DNA of 63,989 nt, counting the filler, from Craspedostauros australis (Eukaryota), in NCBI GenBank assembly GCA_030167865.1. It is 7 parts of 7 records of this genome, joined end to end, with 100 filler letters (N's around TTAATTAATTAA, not from the genome) between each part and the next. Parts side by side here need not be neighbours in the genome. Positions count along the whole stretch, not along the records: positions 22,418 to 28,018 come from JALAGF010006420.1; positions 28,119 to 50,239 come from JALAGF010006421.1; 5 more parts are not named here. One strand, given 5' to 3'. Position numbers and translations under genes: made by a program. Positions 23,028 to 37,100 of this stretch are shown here, piece after piece. Numbering within the stretch: the first letter of the stretch is position 1; the number at the start of each line of letters is the position of its first letter. The notes under the pieces are model-generated. The model was not told where the DNA came from and did not search any database. It saw only the letters and a program-made list of their open reading frames with translations.

Positions 23028-26000
23028 TGTCGAGATGTACATGTGAGTATATGTCAAGATGTACGAGTATATGTGCATCGTTCACCCGTTATTCTCTCAT
23101 ACGTACTTAGACGGTATAACTACACTCGTGTCGATAGTATGCTGTGATTCGTCAGAATTACAGCGGAAATGGAACACACGAAAAGGGGCAAGATTTCTGG
23201 AGGAAATTTGCAAATAACGATTTCTGAGAGAATTGGAAGATCGTCCGTCCATCCATCAATGGCACCAAGAGAATCTCGAGGTACTTCCCAACTAAACCTC
23301 AGATGACGATATCATCTGACAGACTCATGCATCACCAATGGAACATGACATCTGGAGAGCAGAAGGACGCCTACTGACGTCGACAGAATGTCATCATGTC
23401 ACCACGTCGACATCTGTCTCCAAGTCAGAGCAGGAGGCAAAGATCCGATGACCGAAGGACATCAGGATCATGGATACAGAAGGTGAACTTCAAATGGTAA
23501 GTACTCATGGAGTAGGAACCAGTACTGAACGAACGGAGTGTCGAATGCGNNNNNNNNNNNNNNNNNNNNNNNNNNNNNNNNNNNNNNNNNNNNNNNNNNA
23601 TGGTAAGTACTCATGGAGTAGGAACCAGTACTGAACGAACGGAGTGTCGAATGCGGAGTACGCATCGAACACGGAGTATCGTGCAGCACGAGCACACGAT
23701 GTTGAGAGAGAGAGAGAATACAGAGAGGAGCGAGAGAGCATCTCGCGTACCGACTCATAGTCGGAGACTGAATCTACGAAACAGATTGAAGCGCCGAGAG
23801 CATCGGGCAAGAGAACAAACGGACACCAAGAGGATCAGAGTACCAACTAATGAAATAGCAAACGAACGACTATCAACCAACACCATCTTCCACGATCGTA
23901 GGTTACCGTGAGCGGAACTTGCCAACACGTTTATAAACGATAGATCAGGGCGAGCCCGCGGATCGGATCGTTCGAGGAAGACAAACATCATTCAAGAGCA
24001 ACAGACTGAATGAGCGAGGAAGAGGAATTGAAAGACATCCCTCTGTCCAATCCGGTTATCAAGAGAGAAGAAGGTGCGAGTGAGACTCGACTTCAAGAAC
24101 AGAAGGAAGCAGCCGCGGCTACTGTCCTATCAGGCGCAGAGGCAAGTGCAATCGACGAGACTGAAGAAGAACGGTCTGCAAGACTACATCGCAAGGAGAA
24201 GAGCATTCTCAAGGCGATCAAGCAAGAGGAGACTGGTGTGACGAAGAGCATTCGCACAGCCAAACAGAGTGGGAAAAGTGAGACACCACCAGGAGGAGAA
24301 TTTGTGACGAAAACAATCTCCGCGCAACAACAAGCAAAATTCGAAGAATCAACAACACAGAAACAGACGGAAATCAAGGGCGCGAGCGCACCAACGACAA
24401 AACAATGAATCAACATGGCAACATCAGCCAACATGAACAAGCGACGCATCAAGGCGCTGATGTTCAGCGGTGAACAGGAAGACTATAGCGCATGGGAGTC
24501 CCAAGCGAAGGCATACGCTCGTGCACAGAAGACGAGAGACGTNNNNNNNNNNNNNNNNNNNNNNNNNNNNNNNNNNNNNNNNNNNNNNNNNNAAATCAAG
24601 GGCGCGAGCGCACCAACGACGAAACAACAAACCAACATGGCGACATCAGCCAACATGAACAAGCGACGCATCAAGGAGCCGATGTTCAGCAGTGAACAGG
24701 AAGACTACAGCGCATGGGAGTCCCAAGCAAAGGCATACGCTCGTGCACAGAAGACGAAAGACGTGATGTTGGGCAAGACCAAGATACCAACGATGAAGGA
24801 GATCGCGGCAGCCGCTGATGAAGACAAGGAAGCGATGGAGGAGATCTACAAATTGGGATGCGACTGTTTCAGCGATCTAATCCTCATGATGGATGCAGAG
24901 AAAGGAAAAGGGAAGCAGGCCATCCAGTACATCAACCAATGCATCTCCGACGACTACCCCGAAGGAGACGCACATGCAGCGTGGAACATTCTCGCGGAGA
25001 CGTTCCGACCATCCGATGCGGTGACAAAGATCAAACTCAAGCGCCAATTCAACAACAAAAAGATGAAGAGAGACACGGACCCAGACACCTACATCACGCA
25101 ACTCGAGAGTCTACAATCGCGTCTCCACGATGTCAAATATGAGATCACGGACGAGGAAATGATCATGCAAATCCTCAGCACGGTGAGCAACGAATACAAA
25201 ACTCACATCGTGAACTTCCAACACCAACTCACGTTTAACCCAGAGCTGGTTACCATCAACGCGATCAGAGGAGTACTCCGCACTGCATACGCTACGCACA
25301 GAGGAGGCAAAGCATACGTCGACGACTTCCAAGACAGCAACACGAAGAGCAACGATACCGGCTNNNNNNNNNNNNNNNNNNNNNNNNNNNNNNNNNNNNN
25401 NNNNNNNNNNNNNGCACCAACGACGAAACAACGAACCAACATGGCGACATCAGCCAACATGAACAAGCGACGCATCAAGGCGCCAATGTTCAGCGGTAAA
25501 CAGGAAGACTACAGCGCATGGGAGTCCCAAGCAAAGGCATACGCTCGTGCACAGAAGACGAAAGACGTGATGTTGGGCAAGACCAAAGTGCCAACAGTGA
25601 GTGAGATCGCGGCAGCCGCTGACGATGCTAAGGAAGCGATGGAAGAGATCTACGAGCTGGGATGCGACTGCTTCAGCGATCTGATCCTCATGATGGATGC
25701 AGAGAAAGGAAAAGGCAAGCAGGCCATCCAGTACATCAACCAATGCATCTCTGACGACTACCCCAAAGGAGACGCACACGCAGCGTGGAACGTTCTCGCG
25801 GAGAAGTTCTGACCATCCGATGCGGTGATGAAGATGAAACTCAAGCGCCAATTCAACAACGAAAAGATGAAGAGAGACATGGACCCCGACACCTACATCA
25901 CGCAACTCGAGAGTCTACAATCGCGTCTCCACGATGTCAAATACGAGATCACGGACGAGGAAATGATCATGCAAATCCTCAGCACGGTGAGCAACGAATA

Positions 26001-28018
26001 CAGAACTCACATCGTGAACTTCCAACACCAACTCACGTTCAATCCAGAGCTGGTTACCATCAACGCGATCAGAGGAGTACTCCGCACTGCATACGCTACG
26101 CACAGAGGAGGCAAAGCATACGTCAACGACTTCCAAGACAGCAACACGAAGAGCAACGATACCGGCTTCGCAAGCACCGGTAACTTCAAGGGTACTTGTC
26201 ACAACTGTGGCGTGTATGGCCATAGATCCGCCGATTGCCCAGAACGCAAGAAATCGAACAGCAAGAAAAACAACAACAACAACAACAAGATGAACGGAAA
26301 GCGCAACAACAATCGCAACAAGGGAAGCGGCTTCAAGGGCAAATGCAACTACTGCGGCATCTTCGGACANCGCGAGGCGGAGTGCCGAAAGAAGAAGTTC
26401 AACGAGAAGAAGAAGGCCGACGAGCAGGCCAACACAGCAACACAAGGACACGACAAGAGCGGACACGAGATGGTACTCTCAGCAAAGGACATGCCGCTCT
26501 GCATGTTGGTGTCCGACGACTACATTGAAGACTCCTTCTTCGATAACTTCGAGTGCGTCGGAAGTGATGACGAAGTGCAGGATGATGAGATCATCCCGGA
26601 GTGGCTCAGTGAGGAGCCAATCATCCACGAGGTGGATCCAAGACGCGAAGTGNNNNNNNNNNNNNNNNNNNNNNNNNNNNNNNNNNNNNNNNNNNNNNNN
26701 NNCACGACCTGATCGGTCCATACGGCGACGAAGCTGAGATGGACGAGGCCAACGATAGCCACATCGAAGAGGCCATGAGCGATGACGACGACGCCGACGA
26801 GGACGGCGCAGATGAAGACGACGAGGCGAACCGCGACGAGTTGTCTCCTCCTCAAGCTGGGAGACACGAGAGAATGGGAACCTTCATCAATCAAGACGAA
26901 ACGCGCCGCGCCGCGGCGCCTCCTCCTCCAGCAGCGGGGAACAACAGATCGGGCATCTTCNNNNNNNNNNNNNNNNNNNNNNNNNNNNNNNNNNNNNNNN
27001 NNNNNNNNNNNNNNNNNNNNNNNNNNNNNNNNNNNNNNNNNNNNNNNNNNNNNNNNNNNNNNNNNNNNNNNNNNNNNNNNNNNNNNNNNNNNNNNNNNNN
27101 NNNNNNNNNNNNNNNNNNNACAGAGACAGCATTGGTGATCCAGAAGCAACTCATCTTCGATGCAGTGATGGAAGCAGGAGTGAGCCTGTTCCCAGGAGTG
27201 GAACGAGGAGTACTCAGACCGATATGGGTCAACATGATGGGATCCATCCTATCCGAGAACTTCAGATTGATCGAAGAGATTCTCGCCAATTCGGTTGTGA
27301 TCAATCGCATACTGGAAGCAGCCAAGACAGAGACGATCCCAGAGACGGATCTNCATTACATCCTTGGAGGATGTATGCGCGTACTCTTACGCGAGCGTCC
27401 ACGCGTCCACCCATANGATCCAGTCACAGGATCTCATCAAAGCAACACGATTCCATCGGACTACGCGCAACTACCCGATGACATGGATGACGGAGACCAT
27501 CATCCTCCATACAACGAAGATGGAGTTCACGAAGACGACGACGACGGCAGCTTCAACGACGAAATAGCTGCGGCAGCTGTGGAGCAGCTCCACGAGCTGA
27601 GCACCAAGTACAAGGACAAAGTCAACAAGGACACCTGGCTTGCCGATAGCGGAGCTTCGTGTCACATCGTCAACTCAGACGCCGCTCTCTTCAACGTGCG
27701 GCACATCAAGTCCTTCGTCCAAGTGGGAGACAGCACNNNNNNNNNNNNNNNNNNNNNNNNNNNNNNNNNNNNNNNNNNNNNNNNNNNNNNNNNNNNNNNN
27801 NNNNNNNNNNNNNNNNNNNNNNNNNNNNNNNNNNNNNNNNNNNNNNTGAACCTTTTCTCCACGAACAAGGCTCTGTACAACGGTTACCAGCTTGGTAACA
27901 ACGGCATTCTGATGGACATCATCAACGGATCCGTAACGAAGATCGTGTTCGATCGAGTCTTCCCCACATCCAACGGATTCATCACGGGAGTGCAGATGCA
28001 TCCCATCATGCCAACAGA
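23028..28018 (+). mobile_element. Ty1/Copia (CoDi-like) retrotransposon: 5' LTR, gag, protease; composite of several copies
   Basis: LTR starts TGTCGAG at 23028 (3' end uncertain, ~23882-23892). Gag from 24010: FSGEQEDYSAW, UBN2-like helices, two CCHC knuckles (CHNCGVYGHRSADC, CNYCGIFGXREAEC). Copia protease WLADSGASCHIVN and NLFS motif. Gag start is repeated three times across gaps with SNP differences; stops at 24406-24408 and 25810-25812. Confidence 0.9.
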
Positions 28019-29879
28019 NNNNNNNNNNNNNNNNNNNNNNNNNNNNNNNNNNNNNNNNNNNNTTAATTAATTAANNNNNNNNNNNNNNNNNNNNNNNNNN
28101 NNNNNNNNNNNNNNNNNNCGAATGAGGATGATGATCACGACGAATTACACGGGAGATGCTGCTGACCCTGCAACTTGCATTCTGACAGAACAACATCTCG
28201 TCATCATCTCATAAACCGAGAGTTCAATCAACTCAACAACGCAAACCAACTAAATCGACAACTAACGATTACCAATTTACCTCCAAACCAGAGCCCACGA
28301 TCTCACCACTGCACACGCCGGTCTCACAGTGCTGACATCTGGAACCAATATCACATCGGGCAAGTGAACGTGGCGTGATGGCGAGTGCGGTTAGGTACTT
28401 GTGTTCATGGTGCATGGGCGCGGTTGATGCAAACCGGCTGGGGCTTTCTGCCGTCGCGCGCACACACACAGGGAGAAAAGCACATCATTCCCAAGGTTGC
28501 CGTTTGCCATTGTCGGCATCAGATCCTCTGCAAAGTCGCTCGTGCCTCGTAGTGCCGCGCCTTACCCACCTGACATCGACACGTACAGATCCGACCTCTC
28601 TGGAGGAGAGCGACGCAATCTTGCTACGCCAAACAAGGCAGCGAGCCACTGTATCAACCCAGTGTTCCGCGAACGGGTGTGCCGTGATCCCTTGGCATTG
28701 GTTTGTGCGTTATTCTGTGACCAACACAAAGAAAGGGCAGGACAGCAGAAGTGAAAAAGCCCCGCCAGTATGTGTATCATGACGTTCGCGATTAAGTGTC
28801 GTTGCTTGCGCCATTGCGCGTTCGCATGACGATTGGAAGATGTTTTTCCGCTTTCTGAGAGGCGAACGGGCCTTGCGATCGGGCCTTTTGACAACTGTTG
28901 GCGCATCGGATAAATCTTGCAGTTTCACAAATGTATTGGGCTTTTCAAGGGAGTTTGTCGATTGCAACGGAGTGGTCCATCACAAGTGAAGGGTGTCGAA
29001 TCGAACATCGGAATCTGATCGGTGACGCTCTTGCGTTCTGGTACACATTCTACGTGTGTATGATGTGTACGTTGGTGCCGTTGACGAGAAGCACGATACG
29101 GTACTGGCGGCCCGTCAAAGAAATGTCCCGCGGCTATCCGAACACAGGCATAATCAGGCGGACATGGCCTCGCGAAAGTGTCGCCGGCTCATGCCAAGAC
29201 CAGAAGAAGCGTGGACAGCCAATCAGAATTGGCGCAGTTTTATCACAGAAAGACCTTTGCAACTGGCACGTTTAAGTTCGGCACGGCGCACACCATCATC
29301 ACCCAATGCACCAACAACGACACGTTTGCCGATACGATGGTGACAAGCACATCGTGTCAATCACTCCACCAAAAAGACTTTTTTGACCATGTGGCGGTGT
29401 TCCGTGGGTGGTTTGTGGCAGAGAGACTGTGATTGTGCGCGCGAGGACTGTTCGCGATGGTCCAATTTCTCGCCACCGCATTGCCGTGTTGTTGGTGCAT
29501 GGCCACGCAGTTCGAGCACCCGAGACAAAGGTGAACACACGGCAACAACACGAGGATGACAGGAAGGACATCAGCGACAAACCAGGCCAAGTGCACGAAA
29601 CAGCACCATGACAAAACCGCGAAAACGAAACGCCAAAAAGCAACAACAAACAGAATCACCTTCGTGGATGGACACAAATCACAAATTCTGGAATCAGAGC
29701 TCCCATACTTCCGAACACCACCAAAGCCGCAACCAACAACCAACAACCGACAAGCTCTCTGCGCAACATCTGCAACATCTGCAACAACCATACACGTAGA
29801 ACGAAGGTCAACTCGATAGACAACTGGATAGACGACCCGATAGACAACAGCCGTGTGCAAACAACATAAACACCACATC

Positions 29880-32626
29880 ATGAGCGAAGAACAGAAGAAG
29901 CAAGAAGAGCAGCAACGCCAGCAGCTCATCCAAACCATCCTGCTCCAACAGAACCAATCCTCGACCCCCGGAGAAGGCTCCATTGATGGCAGCCAGCTGC
30001 ATGAACACATGCTTCAGCAACACCAGCAGCCATCAGGAGGCAGCACAGGAGGATGCGGAGACTCGTCAGATGGACATGACGACGAAGACGTCGAGAACGG
30101 ATTTGAGATCCCCCAGCGATTCACCAAGAGCGGTCGCAAACGCGCAGTTCCGTTCCCCATGAAGGTAAGCAGCCAGCTGCAGCGCTCGTGGTGCCTGAGA
30201 TACAGAGAGCGAGTGTGTTTGTGTTTGCAAGTGTTGTATGTGTTGTATGTGGCAGGCTCTACGTTGCGTCTTGCCGCGTGCAAGGTCCATTCATCCCATC
30301 CCAGCCAAATCCCGCCAAAGACAAGTCCCACACCATCTCCACGGCCCCAAGAAGAAAGAAACGTGCTTCGCCGACTCCGCGAACCCACTGCAGCAGCAAC
30401 AACCACACCATCATCACTGCCGCAATCGCTACCACAACCGTCATCACCAACCAAAGGAAAGGAGAGGAAAGTCGAATTCCAACCCACGGCTCCCATCACG
30501 TCCTGGGGCCTTCCGCGCAAAACACCACCTCATGTGCCAGCAACCAACGAGTCTCAGAACCACATGATCAGCATCGACATCGACAGCGCAAGTGCAGCTC
30601 ATCGGATCAGACGACATCAGATCAGACTGCAGCTATGCTTGGCCTTGCTCGAGAGGCTGCTGTTCTCATGGGGCAGGATGGTCACTGGCGACTCCAACGA
30701 AGGAAAGAAGACACCCAGCACAAGCACGCACAAGCACAACCAGAAGCACACACGAAGCCGAAGATTACGCGCAAGACCACGACCATGATAAGCAAGCAAG
30801 AAGAGCACGGACAACAAGGGACAAGGCAAAGAATGGACACGCAGCGAAGACTTTGGCACGCTGCGCAACCCACTATGACCGCCATGCCTTCTGTCTTGAT
30901 TTGTCTTGCCTCGATTTTGTCTCGTTTTCCTTTGCTGGAATGCTCTGCTGCTCTGACATGCAAACGAACATCCGAGTTCACCACCGCAGCACAGCAGCGC
31001 ACCAACAGGAACGCCTCCGCTCATGCCAGTCACCCCCCACGTGCTGTGGACATGTGCACATGATGGCTGGGAGCATTCTGTCTCCTGTGTTGCCTTCCGT
31101 CACGGAGGCAGAGCAAGTCTTGTGCTCGTTTCCACGACCAGCCACGAGTCGTGGCATTCCACCACAGAAGTCCCTTTTTGTCCCTGATACTCTACTTGTG
31201 CCTTTCTTGTGGGCGCGGGTACGAGTACGAATCCGAATACTTTTCTTCACACCCTCACACATTTATCCTGTTCCCTGTACCTTGCTTGCATTCTTGTGCC
31301 TTTGTTGGTTGTACGTGCATTGATACTCTCGTGCACGTCCGGCTGATGGGCGGAATGACATCTTCGCTTCCAACCGACACTCCACACACGCCGATCCGGG
31401 GCAACTTTGTCGCTCGAACATCACCTCCACCATGACAACAACAACAACAACACCAACAACAACTGCCACCAACGATGAACGATGAACGATGAACGATAAA
31501 CAATCCGCAGCTCATGAAAGTCTTGTCCAACAAGAAGTTCAAGCACATCATCACATGGATGCCAAGCGGCAAGTCCTTCACCATCCTCAAGCCAAAGGCA
31601 TTTGTTGCCGAGATCCTCCCGGAGCACTTCAAGAGCGCCAAGTACTCATCCTTCACCCGCAAGCTCCACCGATGGGGATTCATGCGACATTACCGCGGCG
31701 AAGAGGCGGGTGCCTTCTACCACAAGGACTTCCAGAAGGATGATCTCGACCTCGCGGAGAAGATGACATGCCACAAGGTTGAGCCGTCCAAGGCCGCAGG
31801 AGTGGTCAAGAAGACCATGGGCGGAGTGCAGAAGCTGGATGGCATGCCAGGGAGCCTTTCGGGTCTCGTCCATCTGGACGGCATGGACAGAACCGGCCTA
31901 GGCGAAGACGACATGAAGCAGCCAAGCCTCGCGGGCTCCCTCGCCAACCAGGCCATCCAGCGGCAGCAGATCCTGGCAGGCAACATCCGCAACGGCCTTG
32001 GAGGCAACATGGGCGCCATTAACGGCGCCATCAACGGCAGTCTCGGGGCTGGATTCGGCGCCAATGTCGCAGGTCACTCCCTCCCCAACATGGAGCAACA
32101 GAGGGAGCAGCGACGAGTCCCCACCTCGCTCCCACCGGACATCATGCTCCAATTGCAGCGGCAGCAGCAGCAACTCCGCATCTCGGAGCAACCTCCATCG
32201 CAGCAGATGGCCCCCACCCTGGACGCTGTCATCGAGCTGGAGGTCAACCGCCGATTAAAGGAGCGCATCCGCATCGCGGCTTCGGCACGCCACCACCAGT
32301 CCCTCATGCAGGGGCAGGCGGGTCTTTCCGCCACCAACTCCGCGGCTGCTGCAGCCCAGGCACGCCATCAGCACCAGCACGCGCACCATCATGCCCACAG
32401 GGGCGCCGGTGCGCAGCCATCGGCGTCCACCTTGGCGTGGAACAACATCCAAGGACAGACCCTGCGCAACGTGCTCGTGCAGATGGAGATCGCCAAACGC
32501 CAAGGAACGCTGGATCCCACTCTCCTGGCCCTCGCCACCGGCAACTTCTCCAGGCTCGGTGGCAACAACAACAGCGGAGAGGAGGACCTGCCAAGGACGA
32601 ACATCCAGGGAGCCAGAACAGCCTAA
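29880..32626 (+). CDS. HSF: Heat shock transcription factor (HSF DNA-binding domain), 2 exons
   Basis: Exon 1 29880-30164 (...RKRAVPFPMK), GT..AG intron 30165-31510, exon 2 31511-32626 (LMKVLS...IITWMPSGKSFTI...FKSAKYSSFTRKLHRWGF...FYHKDF). Q-rich C-terminus. Confidence 0.92.
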
Positions 32627-33341
32627 GTCCCCCGCGCCAATGTGGCGATGCATCGATGCGCGCATATCCGACGCCGTGCGCTGATTGCCGCCCCGTCGCT
32701 CCTACACATGTCTCGCCGTTGTGCGCGAAGGAGCATGTGACTGAAGTTTGCACGTGGTGCCGTGATGCCATGCTGCACTCTCATGTACGCGCATGGCACG
32801 CACGTGGCACATCCCGCACTTCTTCAGTTACATTCACCTTCGTGTCCACCCAAGATCACGGCAAGACGCGTACATGGACAGGAACAGCGCCGACGAGCAG
32901 CCAGCACCACCAAGGCATCGCCCACCAACTCCATTCATTCGTGTGTTTGTGTACGCGAATGTCCGCATCCAACCGGCGCCATACACACCTCGTGAGCTGT
33001 GTGGTGCATGAGCTCTGCCCGGAAACAAGATATTTTAGAACGGTGCAAGTACAACACGACAGGAGACAAGGATGCGGAAATGCGCGAGGTGAGAGGGCGC
33101 GAAGCACTGTCGTGCAAAGCACTGGCTTATCCCTCTCGCCAACAGCAACGGGTGGGGAGTTGGGTTTGGGAAAGCACACCGAAACCAAGAAGAGCAGAAC
33201 GCAAACAGATCACAGACAGAACAAAGACAGCGCCGACAGTAGAAGACTGTCAGCCACTGTGAATATCACCACGGCGAAGAAGCGCCACGGGAAGATGGGT
33301 CAAGGGTCCGCCCAAACACGGACTTGATAGAGAGCATAGCA

Positions 33342-33388
33342 AGATACGATACGAGATGATACGATACGATACGATACGATACGAGATG
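33342..33388. repeat. (ACGAT)n pentanucleotide microsatellite
   Basis: GATACGATACGAGATGATACGATACGATACGATACGATACGAGATG seen directly. Confidence 0.8.
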
Positions 33389-34154
33389 AGTATACCTGTA
33401 GTGGAAGAGATAAATGGGGAAAGGTAACTACCGATAGATATAAATCAACAGAGTTTGAAGAAAACACTTGACAGCGGCGCATGGAGGCATCAGACAGCTT
33501 TCGCACTCGGCTCCCTCAGCGTCCTGTGCAGTTCCACCACTCCAGAACCAATGTGAACTGCGACATCACGCAGGAGCCGAGTGTGAAGTGCCTCTAATTG
33601 GTCTGCCCAAGGAATTCTCGTGATGTCGGAGCCTGTCAGTGCGACTCGCGCAGTTCACCAGAATTCTGGTGGTGTTGGAGTCTGTCAGTACGACTACTTG
33701 CGCAGTGTATCAGAATTCTCGTAATGTCCGAGGCTATCGGTGGCTGTTCCGGTGACAAACGGCGCAACAACAATCCCCCATGTTCACAGCCTCTGCACAG
33801 TCGGAGATAATCACAATAATCACATCGTCACATGCACAACACAGCACGCATCGTCTCCCGATCATCATGGGAGCAATCAATCGAAGGAATTCACCGATTG
33901 ACGGAAGCTTCAAGTGAGAGAATTATATGTCCAATCGCCGGAGACGGGGCGAATGGCTCAGCCAGATGTGGTGTCAGCAATAGATTGCTCTGCACAACGA
34001 TGCTTACCACACGAGCTTTCACCTTCCCAACTGCTCACAATTTCAGTTCGAGGGCCAATAGGTTCACAAATCAATCAATTCAACAAGATCAAAGCAACCG
34101 CAATACCCATACCACATCTGATCACGCTCCTTCGCATCGGCAGCATTTTCCAAC

Positions 34155-37100
34155 ATGAGTACCCAATCACCTCCCTCCAATATCAACCCCGGCATCGCCA
34201 ACGGCAATACCACTGCGCACGATGTCATCCAGCAATCCATCCAGAACAAGTCCTTCATCGACCACATCAAGTTCGTCGTCGAACTCAAGTCCGACACCGT
34301 CTTCTCCACCTGGTACAACGACAAGGGAAAGGCAACCAACAACTACACCTTCCAGCAGCTCTGGGATGAAGCAGGACATTGCGCCCATCTCCTCCGCAAC
34401 GAATGGGGCGCCAACAAAGGTGACCGCGTCGTCCTCTGCTATGACTTCGGTCTGCACTTCTTCGCCGTCTTTCTGGGATGCCTCCGTGCAGGCGTGACTG
34501 CCGTGCTGGTCTATCCTCCTGGGCCGCCGCTCGTCAAGTCGCTCACCAAGATGACCAAGGTGATCGAGGATTGCGCTCCGGCATTCATCCTCACCCAGGC
34601 GACCATCAAACTGCTCCGGCTCGCCGATCGCGCCAACCCAACATCCAAGAGCCGCACCATGTGGCCAAGCGGGGTGAAGTACCAAGTCACTGATCGTATC
34701 ATCCGCCACGACTCGTTCGTCACCGACAAGAACAAGATCAACAGCAACAACAACAATTCCAAGCAGGTAAAGAAAGGCTTCTTTTCCAACCTCGTCTCTG
34801 GCCGTTCATCGTTGGTGCCACCTTCATTCGATGAACCCAACATCGCAGGATCGGATCTGGCGTTCCTTCAGTATACATCTGGAAGCACCGGTAACCCAAA
34901 GGGCGTCATGATCACACATGATGCACTGAAAGCCAACATCGAACTCACCCAGAACTCTTGGTTCAGCATCTTCGAAAAGCAGCTAGGCCACAAAAGCAAA
35001 ATCCCACAGCGCATCACATCCTTCTCGTGGTTGCCACAGTACCATGACATGGGCCTGATCCCAATGGTCATTGCTCCATTGGCTGGGGGTTTCCACGTGC
35101 ACATGATTTCACCAGTGGCATTCATCCAGAATCCCTTGCTTTGGATCAACCTCATGTCGCAGCACAAATGCCATTTCAGCGCTGCCCCCGACTTTGCCTA
35201 TCAGCTGGTCATCCGCAAGTTCAACGAAATCAAGCAGCAGGCTGGCAGACGATCTGATCTCATGCCGCACTTGGATCTGTCAAACACGTTTCATTTCCAG
35301 AACGCCGCCGAGCCGATCCGGCTGGACACGGAAAAGCTATTCTCTGATGCATTTCTTCCATACGGTCTGCGCAAGGACTGGTTCCTCTCGGCATATGGCC
35401 TGGCAGAGCACGTGGTCAGTGCCTGCTGCATCCACGGGCTGCGCCTCTCGACCATCCGCGAGGGTGAAGATCTCCATCAGTTTGTTGCGGTTTCGCAGCG
35501 CAAGAATCAGGACCCCTCCACCGAGATCATCATCGTGGACTCGGACACCCGAGTACAACGTCCAGACAACGTCACAGGAGAGATCTGGATCGCGGGGCCA
35601 TCAGTCACCGCCGGGTACTACGGTCAACCAGACCTGACTGCAGAAACCTTCCAAGCTGCACTCCAAGGCGTTTCATCCGACACCAATACCGATCGTAAGA
35701 CGTACTTGCGAACAGGAGACTGCGGATTCTACCAAGACGACTATCTCTACATCTGCGGACGCAAGAAAGACATCATCATCGTCAATGGTGTCAACTACTA
35801 CCCGCAAGACGTCGAGCACGCCGTCCAAGACGCATCGTCTGCCGTTCGTCCTGGTTGCGTCGCCGCCTTCTCCTACGACGACTCAGGCAACGACGGACAG
35901 CTCGAGATCGTCTTTGAGATCCGAGCCAATCATGCCGACGATGCCGCAACAGTCTGTCAGGAGATCAGGCAGGCTGTGATCGATCACATCGGATTGACAC
36001 CTGTCACAATCGCAGCCGTCAAGGAACGCACGATCTCCAAAACAACAAGCGGCAAGATCCAGAGACGCCAAAATCGCCAACGTCTGCACGATGGAGACCA
36101 GAAAATGGTCTTGAACTTCAGCGCAAACTCAAATTCAACCACCCAAATTGCACAGGATGGCGATGTCAAGTCATCACCAACCGGAATCATGTCGGAAAGG
36201 AACGCAGACCAAGACGAAGACCTCCGAAGTAAGACGTTCAATGAAATCATCACGAACGCAACGGGATCGCAAGTCAAGGGAGATGAAACGTGGGAGGATG
36301 TTGGATTGTCATCCATGGGGGAACTAGAGCTCCGACAGTCACTGTCAAAATGGTACAGCACCACCCTCCCTTCGAATTGCTTCGACATGTTCTCAACGCT
36401 CATGGATCTTGAAACATTCCTCGAGACATCGCACGGAGAACCACTCCCAACGCGTCTTCCGACGCTCAAGAGACTCATCAGCCTGCGCAACGAGAAACCG
36501 CTTGCACCGCTCGCATCCACCACCATTCAGTTCATCGGTGTGCTCGTCATCCTCTTCATATTCGCACTTCCCATCGTGCCCGCCTACGAGATTGGGAAGG
36601 TGCTGGTCAACGACGATCGTGCCTACGAGCTCTTCTTCATTGGCCTCTCTCCGTACGTGTGGGTGTGGTATCCACTGGTCGTTCCGTTCTGGGCCATCAC
36701 ATTCACCATCGAAGTCGTTCTCGCAAAGTGGATCGTCATTGGCAGATACAGAGAGGGGTACACCAGCCAGACCAACATTTACTTTCTTCGATGGTGGTTC
36801 GTGGATCGGCTTGTGCACATCTGGGAGAGCTTCCTTGGACGCTTCATCATGGACACCCCTTTGTTGGTGTTCTTCGATTACTTGATGGGAGCGAATGTGC
36901 ATGCATCATCGAGCATCGATACATTCATCCGTGAGTTCGACCTCGTGAATATCGGCCCTGATGCCACGGTGAGCGAAGGTATCCGGTGTCGCATGTTCGG
37001 TCCGTGCAAAGACGGCTGCCAAGGCCCCACCTTGAGATTCCGCAAGATCCAAGCTGGAGCAAGTGCAGATATCAAGGGCATTCTTTGTCCTGGAGTCAAG

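Noticed and set aside
23880..23920. Primer-binding site, possibly matching the nearby tRNA-Tyr
   Set aside because: No TGG-starting sequence complementary to a tRNA 3' end found; the LTR boundary is left uncertain.
24415..25812. Genuine triple-gag polyprotein
   Set aside because: Each repeat starts after a 50-N gap and differs by SNPs, typical of overlapping contigs from different copies. The same pattern appears at 56849-57760 and 63012-63704.
28119..28260. 3' LTR of the 23028 Copia element
   Set aside because: Ends in TCGACA but shows no visible similarity to the 23028-23890 LTR and lies beyond a linker. It may be another family's LTR end, but this is unsupported.
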